Notes under the pieces: generated by a model
Databases searched by the model: none
What the model was told of the DNA's origin: nothing
Seen by the model: only the letters and a program-made list of their open reading frames with translations
Shown here: positions 1-11,845 of the stretch, piece after piece
Position numbering within the stretch: the first letter of the stretch is position 1
Layout: the number at the start of each line of letters is the position of its first letter
From: Nemertoderma westbladi
Lineage: Eukaryota > Animalia > Xenacoelomorpha
Length of the DNA: 33,965 nt
Direction: 5' to 3'
NCBI GenBank assembly: GCA_032718475.1
Contig: JAUCBJ010000801.1
Coordinates: forward strand, 1 to 33,965
Position numbers and translations under genes: made by a program

Positions 1-566
1 GTCCTATCAGAACAAAGTGTCATTCTGAGATAATCACCCTTTAGCGTTTTTTTTATTTACACATTAAAGTTGAAGTTGGCATTCTGTATTTTTGCATGCA
101 AGTACATAAATGTACTTCAAAATCTTTACTTCAAAAAAAATTTCCAAAACTTAAAAATTGTTTCGCATATATCAGGCAGTATTAATTGTACATAAGACCT
201 TTTTTGTTTATGTCTATGCGATTTTTACTGTACATAGTCTGACTATATTACTCCAGGATATCAGGCAGTATTGTTCATATGACCTCAGAACCTTATTGGT
301 AAGTCTCATAGGACCTCTGTATGAGTATAACTCTGATTCTAAGAAAATGTCACATAGGACCTTTTTATGCTCAGCCCTTCAATTTTAATGTCGCATTAAA
401 ATCAAGAGGAACAGGGATTATAAATATTGCATATGGGCATCAAAAATACAACTGATATGTTCCAAATATAATAAACCGATAAAACTGAGCGATATTTATG
501 TAACAGAAGCGAAGGTAATCCAACCGATCTATTGTAATTCAGTTAGAATTAATACGAATCACTACA

Positions 567-818
567 TTAATACTCTTCGTCGCCTTCTACATCGCCATCC
601 TCATCGCCCCCCGACTCCAAGGCGACCTCCTCGTAGTCCTTCTCCAGAGCCGCGAGGTCCTCGCGAGCCTCGCTAAACTCCCCCTCTTCCATCCCCTCGC
701 CGACGTACCAATGTACGAACGCTCGCTTCTGGTACATCAGATCGAACTTGTGATCTAACCTAGCCCAGGCGTCAGCAATAGCCGTAGTGTTACTCAACAT
801 GCAGACAGCCCGTTGAAC
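567..818 (-). CDS. TUBA: alpha-tubulin exon 8 (codons 371-453 and stop; acidic tail ending EEY)
   Basis: Acceptor aactag|GTT. Reads [15 protein letters not shown]...[16 protein letters not shown]...EGDEEY then TAA. Confidence 0.97.
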   Translation of the reverse strand, partial: VQRAVCMLSNTTAIADAWARLDHKFDLMYQKRAFVHWYVGEGMEEGEFSEAREDLAALEKDYEEVALESGGDEDGDVEGDEEY

Positions 819-1474
819 CTAGTTAAAAAAACATAAGTAAATAAACCGAATGTCAACGATGGCTTTTATTATTTTTGAAAAGCTTTTCTCGGTTCAACAT
901 AATTTTGTAGTTTTAGTGCCAATAGGTTGGGCAATATATCTTAAAACAGTAAGTAGACGAACTGTATTTAGTTGTAGTAATATACAGTACATATTTGTAC
1001 TTACGAATACTACCCGTTTACACGAAATAAACAGTAATATTATTTAGAGTTATAGTTATATTATGGGGAATTTACGAAATTGTTAAATATCATTAAATAC
1101 TATTCAACAAGGTAAAAATATTCAAAGTAAAGTTATTAAATGTATACTTTATTGTTGGCCGCCTAAAATCATTATGCAAAGTTTAAAATTGAACAAAAGT
1201 TATGATATTCCAAAATTAATTTCCCATTATCAAGCAAAAACATAAAACGCGTGATAAACTGAGTGTAATATTCAACCAATAGCATGATTACTTTATTGTC
1301 TTCTTTGTACTGATTTCAGTACTCAAATTAATCTATTGTATAATAGTGATGATTTTGCTCACAAAACGACTTGATTTTCCATTTACTAAAATCATCTGTC
1401 GTAAAATAATTTCGGCCTAATATGATCACATTTTTTTCAATAGGCCTAGATCTAGGCCTTATACTGTAGGACTA

Positions 1475-1666
<192 letters not shown>

Positions 1667-1784
1667 CTAGAAAATGAAACAAAATACCGGTACACAATAA
1701 CTGTAAAACAATAATTAAAATAAAGTATCTCATAGTCTGAGCCTATGAGATGAGATACGATATTAAACATGCGCGAAATCGGGC

Positions 1785-1827
1785 AGAGATTCCAAGTCCC
1801 ACGCTCTGCCATCTGAGCCACCGGGGC
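1785..1827 (-). pseudogene. tRNA-like 5' half (truncated tRNA-derived SINE head or tRNA pseudogene; TGG at anticodon position)
   Basis: Minus strand reads GCCCCGG TG GCTC AGATGGCA GAGC G TGGGA CTTGGAA TCTCT. This has an A-box, a paired D-stem and an imperfect anticodon arm, but no T-arm or B-box. Confidence 0.5.
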
Positions 1828-1879
1828 CGATCAAACCTTAATACTAAAACCTAACGATAAATTAACAACTCCAACATCG

Positions 1880-2338
1880 GAGTGAATGAATACCAGAGGT
1901 CCCCTTCGTTCCTAATACTGCATCAAAGGCTGGGACACAAACAACTACTACTCCAGAGTGCCATCATGGGGGAGGAGGAGTTTACTATAGCACCACACAT
2001 TGAGTGCCTTTATGCTCGGAAAACAAGCCGAGCTGAATGGCAGCCCGGGAGAAAGTCCTATTCGACTCGCGTTTGAGGGGATGACACAAGACCGTCGTCA
2101 TGTCGTCCAACTAGCCGTGCAGCCAACCTCCAGCCCAGCGGCTGGCTGTCTCAATATTTTATTTCTTGTATATTTTTCATATTTTGAATTTCTTGATTTA
2201 ATTTTATTTCTTGACTTTGTTCTTGTGATAGTGTTTTTGGTGTCTTGTTGTTTTCCTCTTCATTGTTAGGATTCGTTGCAAGTTTTTACTGTTGATTGTT
2301 GAATAAATAAATTTTGTTTAAAAAAAATAAAAATAAAA
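1880..2338 (+). mobile_element. Decayed 5'-truncated non-LTR retrotransposon (LINE) 3' end
   Basis: GC-richer segment reading ..HQRLGH.. and a frameshifted CCHC-like remnant (PEC...GEEEFTIAPHIEC). Followed by a T-rich UTR-like tract, AATAAA and an A-rich tail at ~2320-2338. Confidence 0.45.
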
Positions 2339-2660
2339 TTGTACCAATTAATCTACAAAAAAATAACAATTTATATGTATTTTCTAAATTCTACCGATGA
2401 GCAGTTTGTATGTTAGAATCTTATGTTTTATTAAACTGATTATTGTTTACTAACGTATAACACTTGGCTTACGGAATTTAATTCATAGATATCTTTATAA
2501 ACCAATTTAAAAGTAACCCAGGACTTTTGTGTAAAGTGTAATATTGTTTGTTATCATCAAAGCGATGCAATGCAATGCCTATCTACTACTACTTAATTAA
2601 AGTGCTGATGTCAGTGTTGCACACAAAGGTATTTAGTTTCAGTATCAATAATAATGAGAC

Positions 2661-2957
2661 ATTGGAAACTGCGACAGTTGCCGAAACGCGACGACACCGT
2701 TATAGGCTTTATTATTTGGTTTCAGTTCAACGGTCCTTCTTGTATTATCCGAATCAATTTCTAAGGGCATGTGAAGTTACACTTACATTGACAGACATGC
2801 CTGCCTACCGACCTAGTCAAATACTTGTAGGCTTAATCTACGCCGGTAGTAATATTGTGGTAGACCCTACTTGTATAATCAGATACAGTACATAATTAGT
2901 TTTTAAATTACAGACTCACAGACAGACCGTAGACCGACGATATTTATATATATAGAT
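2661..2957 (+). mobile_element. Possible Helentron/DINE-like non-autonomous element
   Basis: Ends in an ACAGAC-type microsatellite followed by TTTATATATATAGAT, a terminus style seen in DINE/HINE-like elements. Boundaries are uncertain. Confidence 0.3.
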
Positions 2958-3121
2958 AGGTATATCTATAATGGAGATTAGTACACTTTCTTATAAGGCT
3001 CCCGTGCTGCGCGAATGCCCCACAACGTGTAACCACACATAAGTAAAAGTAATATATAATACCACAACCGCCAGTACAACGTCTATACGGTGTCGCTGTC
3101 GGTGCACACATAGTTGGTGTA

Positions 3122-3940
3122 ATTTAAATAACATGTAATATCTTAGATTTGGTGAAAACTTTTCGGGGTTGGGTCCACGTACCTGAGTAAAGACCCAATA
3201 TTTCCACAGTTCGAGACATGGTGCAGTGCCCACGCCTTAAGAAATTAGAGTCATTCAAAATAATTAATAAATACAAATAATAATAAGTAAATAAATTATT
3301 GTTATAAAATGGCAATACATATACATAATGCAGTATTAACAATGAATTGAACTCAGTGAGGCCGTGACTCTGACAGTGAGGCCGCTTAGTTAAAGCCGAC
3401 AAAAGGTTTTCCATGATCTTTGAAACCTCTAGGCTCCGCCCCACCCAAGGCGACATTTAACCAACTCAACGGTTTATACTTCTAGTGATCGTTCATTCCA
3501 GCAATAAAACGAATGACGACCAAAACTTAAATGCCTTATAATTGTCGGAGACAGCCTCCATTCGCCTCTAGGCTTGGTCATACTGGCCTACTAACTACGG
3601 CCAAACACAGTTCGTTTTAAATTAAATTGATACCGGTACACAATGGAACGGCATGTCACATGCCCAATCACAATCACCTATGGGTTTGAGTAATACCTTA
3701 TAGTATAGCTTCCTGCATAGAGAGTTCAATTCATTGTTAATACTGCATAATGTACATGTATTGCATTTTATAACAGTAATTTATTTACTTATTATTATTT
3801 GTATTTATGAATTATTTTGAATGACTCTAATTTCTTAAGGCGTGGGCACTGCACCATGTCTCGAACTGTCGAAATATTGGGTCTTTACTCAGGTACCGAA
3901 AAGTTTTCACCAAATCTAAGATGTTACATGTTATTTAAAT
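3122..3940. mobile_element. Fold-back / MITE-like element with ~220-230-bp inverted arms
   Basis: 3122-3354 is the reverse complement of 3722-3940, with few mismatches and one ~14-bp indel. The spacer is ~370 bp and noncoding. Ends lie in ATTTAAAT, so the TSD is ambiguous. Confidence 0.75.
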
Positions 3941-4237
3941 AAATCAGAGATAGTTTATTTTCCTTTCTTAGTGGGTGAGTCAGACATTTCGCATTTCGAG
4001 AATATCAATTTACCTCCTTACTGTTAAATAATTTCTATTTAGGCCTATTACATTTTTTATTTATATTTTATTTATCGTAATTTATATTATTTAATATGAG
4101 TGCAGGCGGGGACCTAATGCTCTATCAATACATTTTATTCCTTATATAACCTTTATTCTTCTAACAAATTGAACATTTAATATTATCTATGGCGGAGTGC
4201 ACTAGCATACGCAGGAATTGAATTGAAAAGGCATAGT

Positions 4238-4262
4238 CCCCCCCCCCCCCCCCCCCCCCCCC
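4238..4262. repeat. poly-C homopolymer (25 nt)
   Basis: Direct reading. A 13-nt poly-G also occurs at 5149-5161. Confidence 0.9.
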
Positions 4263-4509
4263 GCAGCCCATCCAAACTAAAGCAGAAGGTAATAATACAT
4301 TTATTTTATTCTTCATCATATAAGTAAATAATCTGTGTGCAGAAAAAGGCACCACAGGGTGCGGCGTAAATTTATTTTCACAAATTTACCTATTTTACTG
4401 ACACTCTGTGAAAAAGGGACACGCGTGACGAGGCATGTGAACAGTGCCCATTTGTTTCCCCGAGTTTTGTAAAGTCTTAATAAATTATGGAACACATTGG
4501 TTTCAATGG

Positions 4510-4850
4510 GAGCGTCTCCACTGGTATGTCATAAGTGACAAGTCGTTTGTTACGACTTATGAGTCGAAAGTGATTATGTCCCATGCCATGTTCCATCTTT
4601 GACATACGACTCATAAGTTATATCCGGCAAGAGGAATGAGAGATTGGTTAATTTGAGTAGCAGCAAGCCAGAAAATAGTGTACAGAGAAAAAATGTGAGA
4701 CGCATCTTATATTTTTTAAGAAAATACTTATAACTTACCAGTGGAGCACGGTCGAGCTATAATACTTTTGACATACGGACTCAGACTAAATCTGAAAACG
4801 ACTTATGACATACTGTACGACTCATGAATTACCAGTGTAACACGGGTCTT
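4510..4850. mobile_element. Degenerate MITE-like remnant (possibly PIF/Harbinger-type terminus)
   Basis: CTCCACTGGTA at ~4516 is inverted relative to TACCAGTGGAG at ~4737 and TACCAGTGTAACACGGGTC-TTA at ~4830. ACGACTTATGA and GACATAC motifs recur in both orientations. Confidence 0.35.
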
Positions 4851-5765
4851 ATTATCCTGGCTATGGCCTGTGATTATTTCATTGGCCGAAAACTTAAACA
4901 ACAACAACTGTAGAAGATTGCTAGCTATACTAGGTTACTGCTTGTATAATGCATAATATATTTTGTCTTTGTCAGTTTTCCATCTGATAGCCTTTCACAG
5001 TTTAATCATTGATTGTGCACAATTACAAAATGTTCATTTTTCAATTTTTTCTATATCATGATATCTATAAAATTGCAAATAAAAAATAACTAATTTTGTA
5101 AGCCAAGCCTGCAAGCCAACATCCAACGTTTGTTTATTTTGTAAAGATGGGGGGGGGGGGGTCTTTCCACGCAATCAAAATTCATCACTCTCAAGGGGAA
5201 AATCAACGCAAATAACAGCTGATTACTCCCAAAAATAAAACTGTAAACTGTTCTACTGACTTTAGTTTATTGTTTTCGTTAGAATAACGTGACGCTGTAA
5301 CATGTTCCTTTCCCTTATTTAATAATTCAACATTCAGACGAGATATTATTTCGCTAAGATGGGGTTTGCGTTAAGCCCGCCCCTCCCCCACCCGCCTCAT
5401 TTTGTAAATAATTTTGTAGGCAAGGCCAACATCAAATGTTTGCTTATATATATTTGTAAGTGATTTTTCAGATTTGTCTTCTTAACTTATTAACACTGAA
5501 TAGAATAAGTATTATGAAGTTGTTGACAACCATGGGAGAAAGAAAACGTTTATTACTACAAAAACTTGTTAACATTATTTATAAATTTATAATGGCATTA
5601 CCATTACTACCCGGTGAGGAGTATAACATGGCTGCCGACTCAACTCTAACTTCACCTCATGACCATAAAATGAATCTCTGACAGTGGAACAACGAGGTGT
5701 ACTAGTACACCTTGATTATTAAATCGTAGTCTTTGTAAACATACTGCGTGGGCTGTAGGGGTAAC

Positions 5766-7943
5766 ATGGTTCTTATTGGATTCTCGGTCATTATGGGCGT
5801 AACGATTATATTTCCAGTCAGCGCCGATCTATCCTACGACATAAACAAATATTCAGGTCCACCGTGGTGCCTCAAATTTACGATGGATACAACAAAATCG
5901 CGGATAGTTGTTGATCAGCGCAACTTTGGTTTGGACTCTATGAAGTGTATCGCGAAATCTTCTTTCGCAATACCGAACTTACGTTTCATGAAACTGCACC
6001 CAAATTTAAAAACGACCTTTGATAAACTTCCATACGGATTAGAGAGCAAATATTTTGGTAAACAATCGAAGAAAAATTCGGCTAAAGCTTATCTCAGTAC
6101 GCACAAGTTGACTAGTCAACATTCTGGGATGTACCAATGTGTAGCAAAGCTACCGCGGTTTACTCTGCGGGATGATTGTAGATTGGTACCGGTACAAACT
6201 ACAAAGACTATGAATAATAGTCTCAATGTAAAACAACTGAAATGTCGACGAAAGCGGAGTACTTGTGGCGTGGTTGGGAGAGATTTAATTAACACCGATA
6301 TACATCTCGGTAAATCCGTCTCCATAGCGTGGGTTGTTAGTATCACGGTTTATAAGAGGCCCGAGTTCCTTAACACGCCTAGCTACAGACATATCAGCAC
6401 AAACCACGCCAGGGGATCCTGGACTACGCTAAACTGTAGCGCCGTCGGCTACCCGAAACCTCGTCTAGACTGGGTGGTGAACCACGACCCGCATCCTATA
6501 AACCCGCGCGACAGCTGGCCTCCCTACCGATTGGGTCTGGTGCCGAAAAGATTCCCAGCCTACCAGTATAGGGAGCCGCAGCTTACAGCCCAGATAAGAT
6601 CAAACAGCTTTCTAAACGACCAGGGTTTATGGGAGGTCAAATCGAAAATGACTCTTGGTCCCCTCTACGATGGAATGCAGGTAAAATGTATAGCTAGAAA
6701 TATACACGGAACTTTTGTAGAAGAATCCAAATTCGATTACACTCTAATGATAGATAGGCTCAACTGCTCTTCGGGAAATCCGATAGAGGCGTGCGTGCAT
6801 GGATATTGCGAGGTCACAGAATACGTTATAACAATGACTGAGTGCATCTGCGATGAAGGCTGGGATGGTCGCAATTGCAACGTAGATATAGACGAGTGCA
6901 AGTACCTTAGCAGCGGCTGCTCCCACATCTGCACCAACATGGTTGGCTCCTACCGCTGCAGATGTCCGCCCCATCTGGACCTCGACGATAACGGTAAGAA
7001 TTGCGTGCCCCCCGAACCATTGGTTGCCCCCCTCTGTGGCCCCTACTACCCCAACGGTGTCTGCAGTGACGTCATAGACGTTGAGACTTCAGTCTATCTC
7101 GGACCCACTCTGTTAGAAACCGAAACGCGTTTGAAGAACGTAACGGAGCAACTTCGTGACGTTCCCTCAGTCGCTTCCCCCGAGTGTATCACACTGTTAC
7201 GTCGCTTGCTGTGTCATCTGGAGTTGCCAGAGTGCTCGGCAGAGGAGCCATCACCGAGAACGTGTTGCCCTAGCGACTGCGATGCCTTACGTCTGGGACC
7301 GTGCGCTGAATTATACAAACGGTTAAAGTTGCATCACCCAGAAACACTAAAGGGCTGCGAAACTAATCCCACAGATGATGAAAGACAGAGTCCATGCAGT
7401 GTCCTCAACCCCTACTACCCACGCGTCAATGCAACCGGGATCGGGAGTGAGTGCCTATTGGAAGGAGGGGAATTCTATAACGGGAAAGTTAATGTAACAG
7501 AAACCGGGAAAAAATGTGTGTTTTGGAAAGATGTTTCGATAAGCACAAATAACTCATCAGCAGCATTGGGAGGGATAGAACATATTTCATACGTCCACGT
7601 TATACTGGTAGATCACTCAAACTACTGCCGCAATCCCGGTAACCACCGGGGGATCCCTTGGTGCTACACCGATCCCGCTGGCACCCAATGGGAGAGTTGC
7701 ACCATCCCCGAGTGCCCAACAACACAGAGGAGTCGTAAGTCCAGCGAGACAACGAACCCAGACACGGACATCGCCGTTACATCTTCCATGGGTCTCGTCG
7801 CGTTTATCTTTTTTCTCGCGACAATCTTATTGTATCGATACCGTAACCGCGTCCACCTATTGTTGTTACAATTGCCACGGACACCACATGAGTACGGGAT
7901 ATGGCGGTCTATAGTATCTCGTGCATCGTCTAATAATACGCAG
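5766..7943 (+). CDS. ROR/MuSK-like receptor tyrosine kinase, exon 1 (signal peptide, 2 Ig-like, EGF, Ca-binding EGF, Frizzled-type CRD, kringle, TM)
   Basis: ATG at 5766 followed by a hydrophobic signal (MVLIGFSVIMGVTIIFPVSA). Ig motifs SGMYQC and LNCSAVGYPKP..W..VKCIARN. EGF motif CICDEGWDGRNC and EGF_Ca motif DIDEC...C.N..GSYRC. ROR-like CRD cysteine spacing. Kringle motif YNG...TG..C..W...NYCRNP...PWCYT...WE.C.IPEC. TM segment followed by RYRNR. Donor CAG|gtttgt at 7943/7944 is inferred. Confidence 0.88.
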
Positions 7944-8083
7944 GTTTGTTACGATAATTTACAAAATATATTTTTTACTCTAACAGAAACACAAACAGCA
8001 CCATGGCCATTATTTCAAATGTAACAAGTGATACAAAGTAATAGTAATTATTAATGTTAATGACATTTTTCATCCACATCTAG

Positions 8084-9001
8084 GGAGTTCCTAGCGATCT
8101 ATGTCGGTTCGTTATACCCCGGAAACTGTTGGTGAAGGGCAACCAATTGGGAGTTGGTGCCTTCGGGGTGGTATACGCGGCAAAAATATACGGGGTTAAA
8201 GTCGCCGTGAAGATGGTCCTGGAGGAGTCCAGCAGGATAGACGCGAACCACGAGGCTCTGCTGCTGAGTAAGTTCCAGCATGTGAACGTGGTCACTTTGG
8301 TCGCGGTTTGTATGGACGCGACTCCCTACTGCATCATAATGGAACGGGCCAAGTTGGGTGATCTGGGTAACCAAATAACCCAGTGCGACGGTCTCCCGCT
8401 GAGGGTGTCTGTGCACGCCGCTGTTCAGGTCGCCGTTGGTCTAGAATACGTCCACGGCCATCGTATAGTCCACAGGGATATCTGCACGCGTAACTGCGTG
8501 GTGCGCAGCCGCAACCAGGCGGGATATCTCCACGTGCAGATCGCGGATTTCGGGTTATCCAAGTACATCGACGAAGGGATCGAGTTCTACGCGCGGGACG
8601 GGTTCGAGCCATTCAACGTGCGGTTTAGCGCGCCCGAGGTGCTGCGTCAGGGCGACGGGCGGACCTACTTCGCCTCGGATTGGTGGAGTTTCGCGGTTTT
8701 TCTCTGGGAAGTGCTGAGCGGGTGCTCGGTGCCCTACGCGGGGCTCTCCAACGCGGAGGTGATGGACGCGGTGGGATCCAACCAGAGGATCCCACGGTCC
8801 CTAGACACCGAGCAGTGCCCGGGCAGACTGTGGCGGTTGATGCTGGCCTGTTGGAACGCCGATATTGGAGGTCGCCCCACAGCTGGCGAGATCATTGACG
8901 AGCTCAAAGAGATTCGCTATCTAATAGACAATCCACAACCAGTAGAAACCATTGTGGAGGATGTTAATGAAAACGGTGATGAGTATATAGAAATAGTATG
9001 A
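8084..9001 (+). CDS. ROR/MuSK-like receptor tyrosine kinase, exon 2 (tyrosine kinase domain and tail)
   Basis: Acceptor tttttcatccacatctag|GGA is in phase 0 with the donor at 7944 (140-nt intron; ~1031-aa product). Kinase motifs LGVGAFG, VAVK, HRDICTRN, DFG, APE, SDWWSF and CW...RP are present. Confidence 0.9.
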   Translation, partial: GVPSDLCRFVIPRKLLVKGNQLGVGAFGVVYAAKIYGVKVAVKMVLEESSRIDANHEALLLSKFQHVNVVTLVAVCMDATPYCIIMERAKLGDLGNQITQCDGLPLRVSVHAAVQVAVGLEYVHGHRIVHRDICTRNCVVRSRNQAGYLHVQIADFGLSKYIDEGIEFYARDGFEPFNVRFSAPEVLRQGDGRTYFASDWWSFAVFLWEVLSGCSVPYAGLSNAEVMDAVGSNQRIPRSLDTEQCPGRLWRLMLACWNADIGGRPTAGEIIDELKEIRYLIDNPQPVETIVEDVNENGDEYIEIV

Positions 9002-9941
9002 TGTACTTTTATTCAGTTTATAATGCAGTGATTTTTATTTATATTGAATTATAAAGTTTATTCTGTTTATTGTGAGTGATTTGATTAATTATTGTTGAAT
9101 AGTTTAACGCAGCTATTATAATTTATGCAGTTTTTAATATTATCCTCTAATAAGTTTAATTATTTTAACTGTAATTTTAATTTGTGTATATTTTGATTCT
9201 AAAATTTAGTGCATTATTACCAGTTGTAGGTATGATAATACAGTAGAATTGTTGTAGAAACAGGACCAGTCCCAATGTCTACGTCTAGAGAGCTCTAGGA
9301 GCTATACTCGTCTGGTTTGATCCACTTGAGCTATAACTCTTTACAATAGAACTGTAGACTAAAACTGTAGGAGGTCCTTCCTGGTGCTCAGTCTTCTCTG
9401 TTCAATACAACTCTTACAGCTTTAATTATTTACAATTCCTGGTAGTAACTAGTAATTATGAGGCAGTGTCTTATTGTTAGTTAGTTATGTTCGCAGTCTA
9501 ATCAGTCCCTCAATGTAATTTATGTCAGGCATTAGTCTTAGTCCTCCAATATTCTTAGTGTTTTTTTCTTTTGATAGTTTTATTTTAGTGTTCTAGCTGT
9601 TTTCCTATTAATTTTGGTTTGGGAATAAACAGTTGCCAACGTTTACATGGGAATTTCCAAAGTAGTTAATTAATGGGAACTGTAAACAACTTATATAATG
9701 AATTATTTTAAACAGATAAATAGCCTTAAAGTTTGGCTGTTAGTAACTGTAACCATAGCAATGCTTAAATCGAAGTCGGCATTTATATAAATTGTAAGGC
9801 CACTTAATATTCAAAGTAAGATTCGTACATGACAGATGTACTAATCTTACTTTATATTACTGGTTACATTAATTATTTAATGGTAATATAATCTGAGATA
9901 TTTCGATATGTTATATTAAAGTAATTGAGTATCTAATATCA

Positions 9942-10645
<704 letters not shown>

Positions 10646-10682
10646 GGAATCAATATGGGTCATTCATTAATGACAAACTAAC

Positions 10683-10894
10683 CAATGGGAAATGAATCCT
10701 GGGATAGGGAACCAAGTTAGTCTGGAACTCGGTGAGGTCTACGTTGAGTGCGCCGTCGAACCGCAAGGAGGCGGTTACCGAACTCACGATCTGGCTGATA
10801 ATCCGGTTGAGGTTCGTGTAGGTGGGGTGGTCGATGTCGAGATTGCGTCGGCAGATGTCGTAGATCGCTTCATTGTCCAATAGGAAGCAGCAAT
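10683..10894 (-). CDS. TUBA: alpha-tubulin exon 5 (codons 199-269)
   Basis: Acceptor ttcag, donor TTG|gttagt. 212 nt. Reads [13 protein letters not shown]...[29 protein letters not shown]. Confidence 0.97.
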
Positions 10895-11328
10895 CTGAAC
10901 AGAAGAAACATAATTGGTTAACAACAAATATAATTAGTTTAAAAGAAACAATCCCAAAAATTGACAAAAATCACATCCCGGTGAATTAACAATGCTAATT
11001 ATCAATTAAGGGAATGGAGCCGGTTACAACAGCCTGGAATTTTATTCTAACCAAATATTGCAAATAAACAAAAAGTTCAGGATCTGTTTAATTTTTGCTC
11101 GTAATCAGCTGCTATGGGGAGAGTGGCATTCTGTTTGCATTAAGAATCCCACCCTCTATTTGAAAAGGATATATCAATAAGGGCTTCTAGAATTTATTAT
11201 TTATGTATTATGTATTTATTAACGACAATTCAATTTTAAATAAATAATACTATGTTCTAGAATTCCTTGGGGAGATCGACCAAATTATTGTTTATTGTCA
11301 TTAAATATTCTAGAATGTCTATACTAAC

Positions 11329-11504
11329 CAGAATGTTCCAATGTAGTGTGTGTCGTTAGAATAGAGTTGTAGGGTTCGACAACAGCTGTTGCTAGGTTAG
11401 GGGCAGGATATATCGCGAATTCCAACTTGGATTTCTTCCCGTAATCAACACTCAATCGCTCCATGAGTAACGCAGTAAAGCCAGATCCTGTGCCGCCACC
11501 GAAA
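11329..11504 (-). CDS. TUBA: alpha-tubulin exon 4 (codons 140-199, includes GGGTGSG signature)
   Basis: Acceptor ttgcag, donor G|gttagt. 176 nt. Reads SFGGGTGSG...[19 protein letters not shown]. Confidence 0.97.
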
Positions 11505-11607
11505 CTGCAAAGAATTAAATACAATCATCGGTCAACAACATTCTTTTTAGAGATTCAACAATAATTTGCCAAATAAATAATATTCATATTTTTCGGACAT
11601 CACCAAC

Positions 11608-11800
11608 CTATGGAATACTAGGAAGCCCTGTAATCCGGTACATTGATCAGTCAGTTTCCGAAGTTTGTCCAGTACGACATCTATAAGTTCCTTGCCGACG
11701 GTGTAATGCCCCCTAGCGTAGTTATTGGCAGCATCTTCCTTGCCGGTAATCAGCTGATCGGGATGGAATAACTGCCGATAAGTTCCCGTCCGAATTTCGT
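11608..11800 (-). CDS. TUBA: alpha-tubulin exon 3 (codons 76-140: [14 protein letters not shown]...[15 protein letters not shown]...[10 protein letters not shown])
   Basis: Acceptor ttttatacag, donor AG|gttggt. 193 nt; phase matches exons 2 and 4. Contains the conserved [13 protein letters not shown] motif. Confidence 0.97.
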
Positions 11801-11845
11801 CTGTATAAAATTAAGTTATTGATTATTGGTAGTAGTTGCTTAGAT

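Noticed and set aside
158-388. 76-aa ORF and degenerate ATATCAGGCAGTATT / CATAGGACCT repeats downstream of tubulin
   Set aside because: No protein similarity is apparent, and the repeats are too degenerate to classify. The tubulin poly(A) site (candidates near 384-389 and 52-57) could not be fixed.
5091-5460. ~50-bp imperfect direct repeat (AATTTTGTA...GCCAACATC.AA.GTTTG) at ~5091 and ~5410
   Set aside because: Short and degenerate, with no TSD or LTR hallmarks.
5460-5681. 73-aa ORF upstream of the RTK
   Set aside because: No recognisable motifs, AT-rich, non-ATG start. At most a uORF.
6116-8898. Short antisense and alternate-frame ORFs overlapping the RTK
   Set aside because: Expected by-products of GC-rich coding sequence, with no motifs.
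5748-9001. Two separate genes or a frameshifted RTK pseudogene
   Set aside because: A GT-AG phase-0 intron at 7944-8083 joins the two ORFs in frame.
9240-9600. Possible LINE fragment on the minus strand (GGLRLMPD-like)
   Set aside because: Only a short motif resemblance amid stop codons. Cannot be supported without a search.
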